DNA of 57,893 bases from Thermodesulfobacteriota bacterium (GCA_040756475.1 JBFLZB010000007.1:1-57893), one strand, 5' to 3'; counted from the first letter of the stretch, positions 8,104 to 17,484 are shown. Numbers and translations: made by a program. Notes: generated by a model not told the origin, from the letters alone.

Positions 8104-9194
8104 TGACCCTCGCGCTCACCTGCGGCGAACCCGCGGGGATCGGCGCGGAGGTGGCCCTGAAGGCTCTCGCGGCGGGCCTGCCCCCCGGCGTGGAGGCGGT
8201 GCTGGTGGGGCCCCGGACAGTGTGGGCCGCGGCGGCCGGCCTCGTCCCCGGGGGCTTCGACCTGGCCCGGTGGCGCATCCGGGAGCCCGCGGCGTCCGAG
8301 CCCGCGGGGCGGCCCGACCGGCCCGACCGGCCCGATCATTCCGAGCGGGCCGACCGGGCCCCACCGGCCGACTGGAGCTGGGGCCGCCCTACCGCCCGGT
8401 CCGGGAGGGTCGCCGCCGAAGCGGTGGAGCTCGCAGCCCGCCTCGCCTTGGCGCGAGAGGTAGACGGCCTGGTCACGGCCCCCCTCTCCAAGGAGGGGCT
8501 CCACGCCGCCGGCCGGCCTTTTCCAGGCCACACCGAGCTCCTGGCGAGCCTGTGCGGCCCGGGTCACCGGGCCGTGATGATGCTCGGGGGTCCGCGCCTC
8601 AAGGTGTTCCTGGTGACCACCCACCTGCCGCTCGCCCGGGTGCCTGGCCAGGTGACCCGGGAGGCCGTGCTCGCCACCGTTACCGCGGCCCACCGGGGCC
8701 TGGAGCGGGACCTGGGGATTGCCTCCCCCCGCCTCGCCGTCTGCGCCCTGAACCCCCACGGGGGGGAAGGGGGCGTGCTGGGCTTCGAGGAGCGCGACGT
8801 CATCGCGCCGTCCCTGGAGGAAGCCCGGGCCGCGGAGATCCGGGCCGTGGGCCCCCTGCCCGCCGACAGCGCCTTTCACCGCGCCGCGCAGGGGGAGTTC
8901 GACGCGGTGGTGGCCATGTACCACGACCAGGGCCTGGCGCCCCTGAAGCTCCTCCACTTCTGGGACGGGGTCAACGTGACCCTGAACCTCCCCCTGGTGC
9001 GCACGAGCCCCGACCACGGCACCGCCCTCGACCTGGCCGGCCGGGGCGCCGCCCGCCCCGACAGCTTCCGGGAGGCCATCCGCTGGGCCGCCGAGATCGC
9101 CCGCCGAAGGCGGGCGGCTCGCGACGGGTCCGACCTCTCCGACCCGTCGGACGGGTCGGACAAGCCGATGGCCACCCGTCGCCGCCAACCATGA
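8097..9194 (+). CDS. pdxA: 4-hydroxythreonine-4-phosphate dehydrogenase
   Basis: GTG-8097 gives VTLTLALTCGEPAGIGAEV. Also contains VTAPLSKEGL, GHTELLA, LNPHGGEGG, MYHDQGLAPLK and RTSPDHGTA. The track's ATG-8046 start lies in the duplicated junction. Confidence 0.88.
   Translation: MTLTLALTCGEPAGIGAEVALKALAAGLPPGVEAVLVGPRTVWAAAAGLVPGGFDLARWRIREPAASEPAGRPDRPDRPDHSERADRAPPADWSWGRPTARSGRVAAEAVELAARLALAREVDGLVTAPLSKEGLHAAGRPFPGHTELLASLCGPGHRAVMMLGGPRLKVFLVTTHLPLARVPGQVTREAVLATVTAAHRGLERDLGIASPRLAVCALNPHGGEGGVLGFEERDVIAPSLEEARAAEIRAVGPLPADSAFHRAAQGEFDAVVAMYHDQGLAPLKLLHFWDGVNVTLNLPLVRTSPDHGTALDLAGRGAARPDSFREAIRWAAEIARRRRAARDGSDLSDPSDGSDKPMATRRRQP
8293..8373. repeat. Nonamer array (GGCCCGACC-type, about 9 units) in frame inside pdxA
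   Basis: ggcccgacc at 8311-8319 and 8320-8328, ggcccgatc at 8329-8337, gggccgacc at 8347-8355, plus degenerate flanking units. Encodes AGRPDRPDRPDHSERADRAP. Confidence 0.65.
9123..9167. repeat. Nonamer array (GACSNGTCS, 5 units) forming the pdxA C-terminal tail
   Basis: gacgggtcc gacctctcc gacccgtcg gacgggtcg gacaagccg, encoding DGSDLSDPSDGSDKP just before the pdxA stop / next-gene ATGA overlap. Confidence 0.65.
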
Positions 9195-10615
9195 CCATCC
9201 GCTTCGGCACCGACGGCTGGCGGGGCGTCATGGCCCGGGACTTCACCTTCGCCAACGTGCGCCGCGTGTCCGCGGCCATCGGCGCGTACCTGGAGGCCGA
9301 GGGCACCGCCGCCCGGGGAGTGGCCGTGGCCTGGGACCGGCGGCTCCTCTCGGACCGCTTCGCGGCCGAGGCCGCGGGGGTGCTCGCGGCCCGGGGCATC
9401 CCCGTGCGACTTGCCGCGGCGCCGGAGCCGACCCCGCTCCTCTCCTGGGCGGTGCGGCACCAGGGGCTGGCGGGGGGCATCGGGATCACCGCCTCCCACA
9501 ACCCCCCCGAGTGGAGCGGGATCAAGCTCAAGGAGCCCTTCGGCGGGGCCGCCCGGGCCTCGGTGAGCCGCGCCGTGGAGGAGCACCTGGAGGCCCAACC
9601 CCCGGGGGACGAGATCCCGTGCCTCTCCCTGGAGGAGGCCCGCGGGGCGGGACTCCTGGCGGCGCTCGACGCCTGGCGGGGCTACCGGGAAGCCCTGGGG
9701 CGCCTCGTGGACTTCGCCGCCCTGCGGCGGGCAGGCCTTGCCGTGGCCGTGGACGCCATGCACGGGTGCGGCAGCCCGGGGCTCCGCCGCCTCCTGGAGG
9801 AGGCCGGGTGCCGGGTGCGCGAGCTGCGTAGCGAGTGGAACCCCGGCTTCGGCGGCACGGCCCCCGAGCCGGTGGAGGCCAACCTCTCGCGACTCGCCGA
9901 GGTCGTAAAGTTCGAGGGGTGCGCCCTGGGGCTCGCCAACGACGGCGACGCCGACCGGATCGCCGCGGTGGACGAGCGGGGGCGCTACTTCTCCCCCCAG
10001 CGCATCCTCGCGGTGCTCCTGCGATACCTCCGGGAGGAGAAGGACCTGCCCGGAGGCGCCGTAAAGGCGGTCTCCGCCACGTCCCTCGTGGATCTCCTGG
10101 CGCAGCGCTACGGGATGGAGGTGACGCTCACCCCCATCGGCTTCAAGCACATCGGCGAGGCCATGCTCGCACGGCCCGCCCTGATCGGCGGCGAAGAGAG
10201 CGGGGGCATCGGCATCCCCGCCCACCTGCCCGAGCGCGACGGGCTCCTGAACGCCCTGCTCCTCGCCGAGATCGTCGCCCGCACCGGCCGGGGCCTGCGG
10301 GCCTACCTCCAGGAGATCTTCGACCAGGTGGGCTACTTCACCTACGACCGCCTGGACCTGCCCCTGGATCCCGCCGAGGCGCCCGCCGTGCGTTCGCGCA
10401 TGGCCGACGTCGACGATCCTCCCGCCCTGGCCGGCGCCCGGGTCGCCCAGGTGCTTCGCCTCGACGGCACCCGCTTCCTGCGCGACGACGCCTCCTGGCT
10501 GCTGGTTCGCCCCTCCGGCACCGAACCGCTCCTTCGCATCTACGCCGAGGCGAGAAGCGAGGCCGAGGTGCGGGAGCTGCTCGAGGAGGGAAAGCGGTTG
10601 GCGGGTTGCGCGTAG
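9191..10615 (+). CDS. Phosphoglucomutase/phosphomannomutase family (alpha-D-phosphohexomutase)
   Basis: ATG-9191 overlaps the pdxA stop (ATGA). Translation starts MTIRFGTDGWRG, with the active-site loop GITASHNPPEWSGIK, DGDADR and GGEESGG. Confidence 0.9.
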   Translation: MTIRFGTDGWRGVMARDFTFANVRRVSAAIGAYLEAEGTAARGVAVAWDRRLLSDRFAAEAAGVLAARGIPVRLAAAPEPTPLLSWAVRHQGLAGGIGITASHNPPEWSGIKLKEPFGGAARASVSRAVEEHLEAQPPGDEIPCLSLEEARGAGLLAALDAWRGYREALGRLVDFAALRRAGLAVAVDAMHGCGSPGLRRLLEEAGCRVRELRSEWNPGFGGTAPEPVEANLSRLAEVVKFEGCALGLANDGDADRIAAVDERGRYFSPQRILAVLLRYLREEKDLPGGAVKAVSATSLVDLLAQRYGMEVTLTPIGFKHIGEAMLARPALIGGEESGGIGIPAHLPERDGLLNALLLAEIVARTGRGLRAYLQEIFDQVGYFTYDRLDLPLDPAEAPAVRSRMADVDDPPALAGARVAQVLRLDGTRFLRDDASWLLVRPSGTEPLLRIYAEARSEAEVRELLEEGKRLAGCA

Positions 10616-10901
10616 CCTGTTGCAGGTGGGTGACGGGTCCGTTATCGGGTGTCCGTTGTCCGACGGACTGCCGAAGGACCTTGGGTTCCTGGGCTGACCG
10701 TGGCAATGCTCTTGCGCACAGCGTTATTGTCACTCCAACGGTCCCGGTCTGTCCGGCCTGTGCTTCCCTTGTGGAACCGTTCCCGGCCCGCTGCGGTGGA
10801 GGCGACGGACCGTGGGGCAGTAACGGGCCCGCGGCTACTGCCGTCCGTCGAGTCCCTCCGCGCGTGCCGGGCCTGGCCGGCCCGCACCCGGGCCGGCAGT
10901 G

Positions 10902-11612
10902 TTACCCGGCGGGGGCCGCGGCGAGCTCCCGGAAGCGGAGCGCCTCGTCGGGGCCCCTGGCTTCGTCTTCGTGCTTGAAGAAGACGAAGGCCTTCTCCCA
11001 CGGCTGGCGGCGGATCCGCGCCAGCCAGAGGGAGAGCTCCGCATCGGGGTAGGCAGAGCGGCGCAGGCGCAGGTAGCCCCAGGCCGCGGCGGCGGGAAGC
11101 TCCGGGGCGGGGCTCTCGTCGGTGTCGGCGGTGCACAGGGCGTGGCCGGCGCCGGTCAGGAGGTCCGGGATGCCGGCCTCGAGCCAGGTGGGGCTGCGGA
11201 ACTCGAAGGCGCAGCGCAGGCCCGCGGGCACCAGCCCCAGGAAGGCCTCCAGGCGCGGCCGGTCGGCGCGCAGGCTCGGCGGAAGTTGAAAGAGCAGCGG
11301 CCCGAGCCGCTCGCCCAGCACCCGCACGGTGCGGAAGAGGAACTCCGCCGGCTCCTCCACCTCCTTTAGCCGCTTCACGTGGGTAATGACCTGGGGCGCC
11401 TTGAGGGCGAAGACGAAGTCCTCGGGGACCCGCTCTGCCCAGGGGACGAGGACCCTCTCGGTGGGCATGTGGTGGAAGGTGTAGTTGATCTCCACCGCGT
11501 TGAGGCGCTCCCCGTAGAAGCGCAGCATCTCTTTCGGGGCGATCTTCTCGGGATAGAAGAGCCCCTTCCACTCCGGGTACGAGTACCCGCTCGTTCCGAC
11601 GTAGAGCTCCAT
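10902..11612 (-). CDS. DUF72 (UPF0759, YecE-like) protein
   Basis: MELYVGTSGYSYPEWKGLFYPEK...NAVEINYTFH..LFQLPPS is typical DUF72. The start is 2 nt downstream of the ligD stop. The long upstream part of track ORF 10902-12914 is out-of-frame overlap. Confidence 0.88.
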   Translation of the reverse strand: MELYVGTSGYSYPEWKGLFYPEKIAPKEMLRFYGERLNAVEINYTFHHMPTERVLVPWAERVPEDFVFALKAPQVITHVKRLKEVEEPAEFLFRTVRVLGERLGPLLFQLPPSLRADRPRLEAFLGLVPAGLRCAFEFRSPTWLEAGIPDLLTGAGHALCTADTDESPAPELPAAAAWGYLRLRRSAYPDAELSLWLARIRRQPWEKAFVFFKHEDEARGPDEALRFRELAAAPAG

Positions 11613-11614
11613 GG

Positions 11615-13225
11615 TCACCTCTCTTCTTCGCCGCCCTCGCGCACCACCTCCCGGGCAACCCTGTCGTCTCGCAGGCGCAGGAAGACGGGGTGTCGCAGGA
11701 GCCCCTCGCGGGTCCAGCCGGAGTAGCCCACCTCGCACACCACCTCGGGCCGCACCCAGGTGGCCGGCGCGTTGGTTCGCGGCACCGCCCGGAAGGGACA
11801 CGTTTCCTGCACCAGGGGCTCGAGCCGCTCGCGCAGCCGGCGCAGGTGCTCGGCCTTGAGGCCCCCTCCCGCGTGGCCGATGCAGACGAGCTCGCTGCCC
11901 TCGTACACCCCGAGGACCAGCGCGCCGAGGTGCCGCCTCCCCCCCCGGGGCGCCGTAAAGCCCCCGATCACGGCGTCCTGGGCCCGGGTCGCCCTGACCT
12001 TGCGCCACTGGCGACTCCTCGTGCCCGGGAGGTAGGGGCTGCGGGCGTGCTTGCCCACGATCCCCTCGAGCCCCTTCTCCCTCGCGACCCGGAAGAAAAG
12101 GACCCCTTCCCCGGCCACGTGGCTGCTGAAGCGAAGCCGCGGGGAGGACGGCAGGACCCTTTGGAGGAGCTCCTTTCGACGGACGAGGGGCAGGCCGGTG
12201 AGGTCGTGCCCCTGGAGGTGCAGGAGGTCGAAGACGCAGTAGAGGAGGTGACCGCCCGCCCGGGGGTAGTCCTGGAGGCGCTGGAAGTCGGGGTGCCCCC
12301 GCTCGTCCACGGCCACGACCTCGCCGTCGAGCACCCCCTCGAAGCGGCACTCCCGTAGCGCCTCGACGATGGGGGCGAACCGCTCCTCCAGGGGGAGGAG
12401 GTTGCGGGAGGAGAGCTTCACGGCGCCGTCCCGGACCTCGGCCACGGCCCGATAGCCGTCCCACTTCACCTCGAAGACCCACTCCGGGTCGTCGAAGGGC
12501 TCCGGGGCCGGGGTGGCGAGCATCGGGCGGACCGCGCCCGGCATGGGGCCCGCAGGGGCGTCCGCAAGGTCCTCGCCCTCCAGCACCTCCCGCAGACGCA
12601 GGCGGTCGGCCCGCTTTCGGTCCGAGGGCTTTGGCGCCTCGGAGCCGGCCTCCAGGAGGTCTTCCAGGGCACGTCCGGACGCGACGGAGCGGTTTCGGGC
12701 GAGGACCTCCGCCCCGCTCGCGTGGCGGTCTTTCTTCTTGAGCAGGAGCCAGGACGTTTCGCCCCGGCGCGTCCGCACCAGGGCGAACTCGCCCCGGAGC
12801 TTCTCGCCCTCGAGGACGAACTTCAAATCCCCCTGCCGCAGCCCCTCCCGAAGGAGCGCCTCGCCCCCCCTCGGGTCCCCCGCCGCCGGGTGCCGGTAGG
12901 TGCCCCGGTCCCACACGATGACGGGCCCGGCGCCGTAGTTTCCCTCGGGGATCACCCCTTCGAAGTCCCGGTAGTCCAGGGGGTGGTCCTCGACGCGGAC
13001 GGCCAGCCGCTTCACGGAAGGGTCGAGGGAGGGCCCCTTGGGGCAGGCCCAGCTCACGAGCACCCCGTCGAGCTCGAGCCGCAGGTCATAGTGGAGGTTG
13101 CGGGCCGCGTGCTTGTGCACCACGAAGGAGAGCGGCCCGCCCCCCGAGCCCGCCGCCGGCGCGGGCTCGGGCGTCGCCCCGAACGTTCGCTTGGACGCGT
13201 ACTCCTTGAGTGTCTCGTCGGCCAT
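11615..13225 (-). CDS. ligD: LigD 3'-phosphoesterase + ATP-dependent DNA ligase domains
   Basis: PE domain (FVVHKHAARNLHYDLRLE..WACPKGPS) then ligase (FEVKWDGYRAV adenylation motif). ATG-13225 (MADETLKEY) follows a GGTGGAG RBS; alternative start at 13255. Confidence 0.9.
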   Translation of the reverse strand: MADETLKEYASKRTFGATPEPAPAAGSGGGPLSFVVHKHAARNLHYDLRLELDGVLVSWACPKGPSLDPSVKRLAVRVEDHPLDYRDFEGVIPEGNYGAGPVIVWDRGTYRHPAAGDPRGGEALLREGLRQGDLKFVLEGEKLRGEFALVRTRRGETSWLLLKKKDRHASGAEVLARNRSVASGRALEDLLEAGSEAPKPSDRKRADRLRLREVLEGEDLADAPAGPMPGAVRPMLATPAPEPFDDPEWVFEVKWDGYRAVAEVRDGAVKLSSRNLLPLEERFAPIVEALRECRFEGVLDGEVVAVDERGHPDFQRLQDYPRAGGHLLYCVFDLLHLQGHDLTGLPLVRRKELLQRVLPSSPRLRFSSHVAGEGVLFFRVAREKGLEGIVGKHARSPYLPGTRSRQWRKVRATRAQDAVIGGFTAPRGGRRHLGALVLGVYEGSELVCIGHAGGGLKAEHLRRLRERLEPLVQETCPFRAVPRTNAPATWVRPEVVCEVGYSGWTREGLLRHPVFLRLRDDRVAREVVREGGEEER

Positions 13226-13288
13226 GGGCTTGCTCCACCTCGTCTGCCGTGGCACCGGCTCGAGCCCCCGGAGGAGGGGAAGGGAGGG

Positions 13289-14194
13289 CTACAGGTGCGG
13301 CAGCTTCTGGCGCTTCGAGAGCACGTCCCGAAAGGGATCTCCCGCGGCCTCGGCCCGTGCCAGGGCCTCCTCCGGGCCGATCCGGAGCCCCTGCCGGTCC
13401 CCGGCCCGCTCCCGGCGCTCCAGCTCCTCCCAGGCCAAGGGGCAGGAAACCCAGGGCTCCTCCCGGGCCCGCAGGGAGTAGGCGCAGACCATGGTCTTCG
13501 AGGCATCGTTCTGCTCCCAGTTGAGGAAGACACGCCCCCGGCGGGCGGCCTTCGCCATCTTCGCCGTGACCAGGTCCGGGCAGGTCCGCTGCAGGGTCAC
13601 GGCCACGGCCCGGGAGAAGGTCCTCGTCGCCTCGAAGGTGGCCCCCGGCCGGTTCAGGGGCACGAACACGTGGAGTCCCTTCTGGCCCGACGTCTTGACG
13701 GCGCTCCCGAGCCCCAGCCGCGCGAAGAGGTCCCGCAGGAGGATCGCCACCCGGGCGCAGTGGAGCACGTCTGCCCCCTCTCCCGGGTCGAGATCGAAGA
13801 CCACGGCGTCGGGGGTTTGGGGCGAGGCGGCCCGGGCTAGGGGCACGTGGAGCTCCAGGGCGGCCAGGTTCGCCAACCAGACCAGTGTCGCGAGGTCGTC
13901 CGCCACGCAGACCGTGCGGCGCTCGCCGTCTTCCTGGAGGACCTCGGCGGTCCCGGCCCAGGCCGGCCGGTGGGGGGGGCAGCGCTTCTCGAAGAAGGAC
14001 TCTCCCTCCACCCCGTCGGGGTAGCGCTTGAGGGTCAGCGCCCGGCCCCGCAGGTGGGGCAGGAGGAGGGGCGCGACGCGGCGGTAGTAGTCGAGCACCT
14101 GGGCCTTGGTGAAGCCGCAGGCGGGGTAGAGCACCTTCTCCAGGTTGCCGAGGGAGAGCCGCCGGCCGGCGATGTCCACGATCCTGCGGCTCAC
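13289..14194 (-). CDS. ligD: LigD polymerase/primase (Pol) domain protein, stand-alone
   Basis: GTG-14194 overlaps the ku stop (GTGA). LSLGNLEKVLYP..LTLKRYPDGV..VVFDLDPGEG..KTSGQKGLHVFVPL are AEP-primase LigD-Pol motifs. Confidence 0.88.
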   Translation of the reverse strand: MSRRIVDIAGRRLSLGNLEKVLYPACGFTKAQVLDYYRRVAPLLLPHLRGRALTLKRYPDGVEGESFFEKRCPPHRPAWAGTAEVLQEDGERRTVCVADDLATLVWLANLAALELHVPLARAASPQTPDAVVFDLDPGEGADVLHCARVAILLRDLFARLGLGSAVKTSGQKGLHVFVPLNRPGATFEATRTFSRAVAVTLQRTCPDLVTAKMAKAARRGRVFLNWEQNDASKTMVCAYSLRAREEPWVSCPLAWEELERRERAGDRQGLRIGPEEALARAEAAGDPFRDVLSKRQKLPHL

Positions 14195-14979
14195 CGGCCC
14201 TTCTTCACCTCGCGCATGGCTTGCTCCAGGGCCGCCATCAGGTCGGGCGGGCCGGCCTCCTCGCCTTCCTCCTCGCCCACCCCGGGCGACTCCACCGGCG
14301 CTTCCTCCTCGGCCTTCCTCCGCAGGAGGGCCAGGATCTTCTCCCGCCGCCGGTCCGCGTACTTGCCCGGGTCGAAGTCGGCCCGGAGGCCCTCCACGTC
14401 TTCCCGGATGCGGGCTTTGCGGGCCTTCGAGGTCTTGCCCTCGGGTGCGAGCTCCCCGGCCGGGGAGACCTCGTCGTGGTAGTGGAGGGTGACCAGCAGC
14501 AGGGCACCCTCCCGGCTCGTCACCGCCACCAGGTACTCCCGCTCGGCCAGCACGAACTTGGCCAGCCCCGCCTTCCCGGTCTGGCCCATCACCTCGGCCA
14601 GGAGCCGGTAGGCCTTCTCTCCGCCCTTGAGGGGCACCAGGTAGTAGGGCCGGTCGAAGTAGACGGGGTCCACCTCGGAGAGGTCGATGAACTCCAGGAT
14701 CTCGATGGTGCGGCTGCGCTCGGGGGAGACCGACTCGAGCTCCTCTTCGGTGATGGGCAGGTAGTGGTCGGGGGCGAGCTCGTAGCCCCGGACGATCTCT
14801 TCCGGAGGGACGGTCGCGTCCTCCTCGGGGCAGACCATCCGACGCGCCAGGGGCGAGTGATCCGCGGCGTGGAGCAGCCGAAAGGAGATGCGACCCGGCG
14901 CCACCGCCCGGACCAGCCGCACCGGGATCGCCACCAGGCTGAAACTGATCGTGCCGCTCCAGATCCCCTGACCGGTCAT
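14191..14979 (-). CDS. ku: Ku protein (paralog B)
   Basis: MTGQGIWSGTISFSLVAIPVRL... is a Ku core. Alternative upstream ATG at 15003. Confidence 0.88.
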   Translation of the reverse strand: MTGQGIWSGTISFSLVAIPVRLVRAVAPGRISFRLLHAADHSPLARRMVCPEEDATVPPEEIVRGYELAPDHYLPITEEELESVSPERSRTIEILEFIDLSEVDPVYFDRPYYLVPLKGGEKAYRLLAEVMGQTGKAGLAKFVLAEREYLVAVTSREGALLLVTLHYHDEVSPAGELAPEGKTSKARKARIREDVEGLRADFDPGKYADRRREKILALLRRKAEEEAPVESPGVGEEEGEEAGPPDLMAALEQAMREVKKGR

Positions 14980-15060
14980 GCCGCGTCCCTTCCCCGAGCT
15001 CATGCGCGCCTCGCCATCCGGTCTGCCCGCGACGATTCCTTCTCAGGCTCCCACAGGCTC

Positions 15061-15831
15061 TCAGGCCACCTTCTTCAGGCTCGCCTCCAAGGCCTCCAGG
15101 AGCTTGTCCGGCGCCGTGGGCTCCAGCTGCCGGGGCCGCAGGACCCGCACCTTCTCGCCCCGCGCCTTCTTCTCGATCAACTCCTGGAGCCGCCGCTGGT
15201 GCTCGTTCTGGAACTTCTCCGGTGCGAAGGGGGCGGCGAGCTGGCCGATCAGGGTCCGGCCGATCTCCACCTCCTTCTCGGAGACCGGGATCTGCGGGAG
15301 CTCCAGGGAGCCCACCCCGATGACCTCGTCGGCGTACCGAAGGGTGCCGAGGCGCAGCACCTGGTCGCGCGCCTGGAGGGCGCCGAGATGGGAGCGCTTG
15401 CGCATGGTCCAGGTGCAGATCCCGGCCGCCCCCAGCTCCCCCAACACCGCCGCGAGCTCGCCGTAGCCTTCCAGGATGCCGTCGGGCTCCAGGTAGTAGA
15501 CCCGCTCCATGAGGAGGGGGTCTACCTGGCGGGCCGGCACGAACTCGTGGACCTCGATCGCCCGGCTCCCCTCGGGGGCGGTCTCCTCCAGCTCCTCCGG
15601 GTCGATCAGGAGGTATTTGCCCTCCTCCACCTCGAACCCCCTGGTCTGGGCCTCTACCGGCACCGGCTTCTGCTCGTAGGCGCAGATCATCAGCTGGCGA
15701 AGCCGCACCCCGTCCTTGCGGTGGAGGAGGTGGAAGCGGACGCGCTCCTCCCGAACCGCCGAGTGGAGCTTGACCGGCACGCTCGTCTCCCCGAACCGGA
15801 TGACCCCCTTCCACAGAGCCCGTCCCGCCAT
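15061..15831 (-). CDS. ku: Ku protein (paralog A)
   Basis: MAGRALWKGVIRFGETSVPVKLHSAV... is a Ku core. It looks only distantly similar to paralog B by eye. Confidence 0.88.
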   Translation of the reverse strand: MAGRALWKGVIRFGETSVPVKLHSAVREERVRFHLLHRKDGVRLRQLMICAYEQKPVPVEAQTRGFEVEEGKYLLIDPEELEETAPEGSRAIEVHEFVPARQVDPLLMERVYYLEPDGILEGYGELAAVLGELGAAGICTWTMRKRSHLGALQARDQVLRLGTLRYADEVIGVGSLELPQIPVSEKEVEIGRTLIGQLAAPFAPEKFQNEHQRRLQELIEKKARGEKVRVLRPRQLEPTAPDKLLEALEASLKKVA

Positions 15832-15901
15832 CGCCGCTCCCTCTCGCCCCGTTCCATCATCCACGCCCTCCCGAGGCGCCGCCGAAGTATGGCACGGGTC
15901 T

Positions 15902-15932
15902 GGCCGGTGTCCACCGAGGGAGGACACCGGCC
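15902..15932. promoter_or_regulatory. Perfect 11-bp inverted repeat (GGCCGGTGTCC-N9-GGACACCGGCC) in the ku/MFS divergent intergenic region
   Basis: Read directly. Lies 71-101 nt upstream of the first ku start. Could be an operator or a 5'-UTR hairpin. Confidence 0.4.
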
Positions 15933-16041
15933 TCGTCGCGTCGCTCCCCCAGGAGCCCGGCCGCGGGGTCGCGTCCTCGCGCATCGTGCTGCACCCAACC
16001 CCTGCTTGACCCCGCGCCCGCCCCTGGGCCACAGTCCGGCC

Positions 16042-17484
16042 ATGAACCCGGACCCCACGGCACGCCCCTCCCCCTGGCCCGCCTTCTCCTGCGTGGCCCT
16101 GGGGGTCTTCATGGCTACGCTCGACTCCTCCATCGTCAACGTGGCCCTGCCCTCGATCCTGGCCGACTTTCAGGTGCCCCTGGCGCTGGTGGAGTGGGTG
16201 CCCAACGCCTACCTGTTGGCCATCACGGGGCTCCTGCTGGCGTTCGGGCGCCTGGCGGACATCCACGGGCAGCGGCGGGTGTTTCTGGCGGGGCTCGCGG
16301 TGTTCACCGTGGGGTCGGGGCTGTGCGCCGCCTCGGGCACGGCCTTGCAGCTCATCGCCGCCCGGGTCGTGCAGGGCACGGGTGCCGCCATGGTGATGGC
16401 GTGCTCCGCAGCCATCGTGACCGCGGTCTTCCCCCCGGAACAGCGCGGGCGGGGGCTGGGCCTGGTGGGTACCACGGTGGCGCTCGGGCTCACGAGCGGC
16501 CCGGCCCTGGGCGGGCTGCTCCTGGGGCTTTCCGGCTGGCGGAGCCTGTTTCTCCTCAACCTTCCCCTGGGGGTCCTGGGGCTTGCGCTCACGGTGCGCT
16601 TCCTGCCCCCCCTGCGCTTCGGGCGGGAGCATCAGGCGTTCGATCTCCTCGGCGCGGCTCTCCTGACCCTCGGGTGCACCGCCCTGCTCCTGGCCCTCAA
16701 CCGGGGCCGGGAGTGGGGAGTCGCGCCGGCACTGGCGTGGGCGGCCGCGGGTGCGGCAGGGCTCGCGGCCTTCGCCCTGCGGGAGGCCAGGGTGCGGGAG
16801 CCCCTCCTGGAGCTGGGGCTCTTTCGCAACCGCGCCTTCTCCGCAGCCACGGCGGCCGCCGTGCTCTCGTACCTGGCCGGGTTCGTGGCCGTGCTCCTCA
16901 CCCCCTTCTACCTCACCCACGTCCGGGGGCTCGGTCCCCGCGACATGGGGCTCACCCTCACCGTGGCGCCCCTGGTGATGACGCTTCTCGCGCCCTGGGC
17001 CGGAGCCCTCTCGGACCGGGTCGGCTATGGACGGCTCACCGCCTGGGGGCTCGCGGTGCGCGCGGCCTCGCTCCTGGCGTTGCTCCTCCTCGGCCCGGCC
17101 ACGGCCTTCGGCTGGGTGCTGGCGGCCCTGGCCCTCCTGGGGGCGGGCAGCGCACTCTTCAACCCGCCCAACACCTCTTCCATCATGGGCAGCGTGCCGC
17201 AGGAGCGCCTCGGCATCGCGGGGGGGGTGGCCGCGGTGGCCCGGAACCTTGGGATGGTGCTGGGGATCTCCCTGGGAGGAGCGACCTTCTCCGCGTTCTA
17301 CGCGAGGGCCGGGGGCGGGTCCCTGGACGGCCACACCCCCGCCCTCCACGCCGCCTTCATGGCCGGGTGGCGGGCTGCCCTGGGGGTGGGGCTCCTGGCC
17401 TGTCTGCTGGCGCTGGCCACGTCGCTGACCCGGTCCATCCCCGCGGCTCGTCCGGCCCGAGCCGGCTCCGAGGAGGCGCCGTGA
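16042..17484 (+). CDS. MFS transporter (DHA2/EmrB-QacA-like, 14-TM type)
   Basis: MNPDPTARPSPWPAFSCVALGVFMATLDSSIVNVALPSI..GRLADIHGQRRVF. Hydrophobic throughout. Confidence 0.88.
   Translation: MNPDPTARPSPWPAFSCVALGVFMATLDSSIVNVALPSILADFQVPLALVEWVPNAYLLAITGLLLAFGRLADIHGQRRVFLAGLAVFTVGSGLCAASGTALQLIAARVVQGTGAAMVMACSAAIVTAVFPPEQRGRGLGLVGTTVALGLTSGPALGGLLLGLSGWRSLFLLNLPLGVLGLALTVRFLPPLRFGREHQAFDLLGAALLTLGCTALLLALNRGREWGVAPALAWAAAGAAGLAAFALREARVREPLLELGLFRNRAFSAATAAAVLSYLAGFVAVLLTPFYLTHVRGLGPRDMGLTLTVAPLVMTLLAPWAGALSDRVGYGRLTAWGLAVRAASLLALLLLGPATAFGWVLAALALLGAGSALFNPPNTSSIMGSVPQERLGIAGGVAAVARNLGMVLGISLGGATFSAFYARAGGGSLDGHTPALHAAFMAGWRAALGVGLLACLLALATSLTRSIPAARPARAGSEEAP

Noticed and set aside
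10616-10901. Possible sRNA or tRNA in the 286-bp convergent spacer between the phosphohexomutase and DUF72 genes.
   Set aside because: It has no tRNA-like T-arm, no convincing promoter or terminator pair, and only a GC hairpin (10874-10896) without a U-tract. This is insufficient evidence.
14221-17484. Giant ORFs 14221-17484(+) and 16194-19163(+), and 15061-17349(-).
   Set aside because: Only their 3' portions (MFS from 16042, radical SAM from 17481, ku-A up to 15831) show homology, RBSs and sensible starts.
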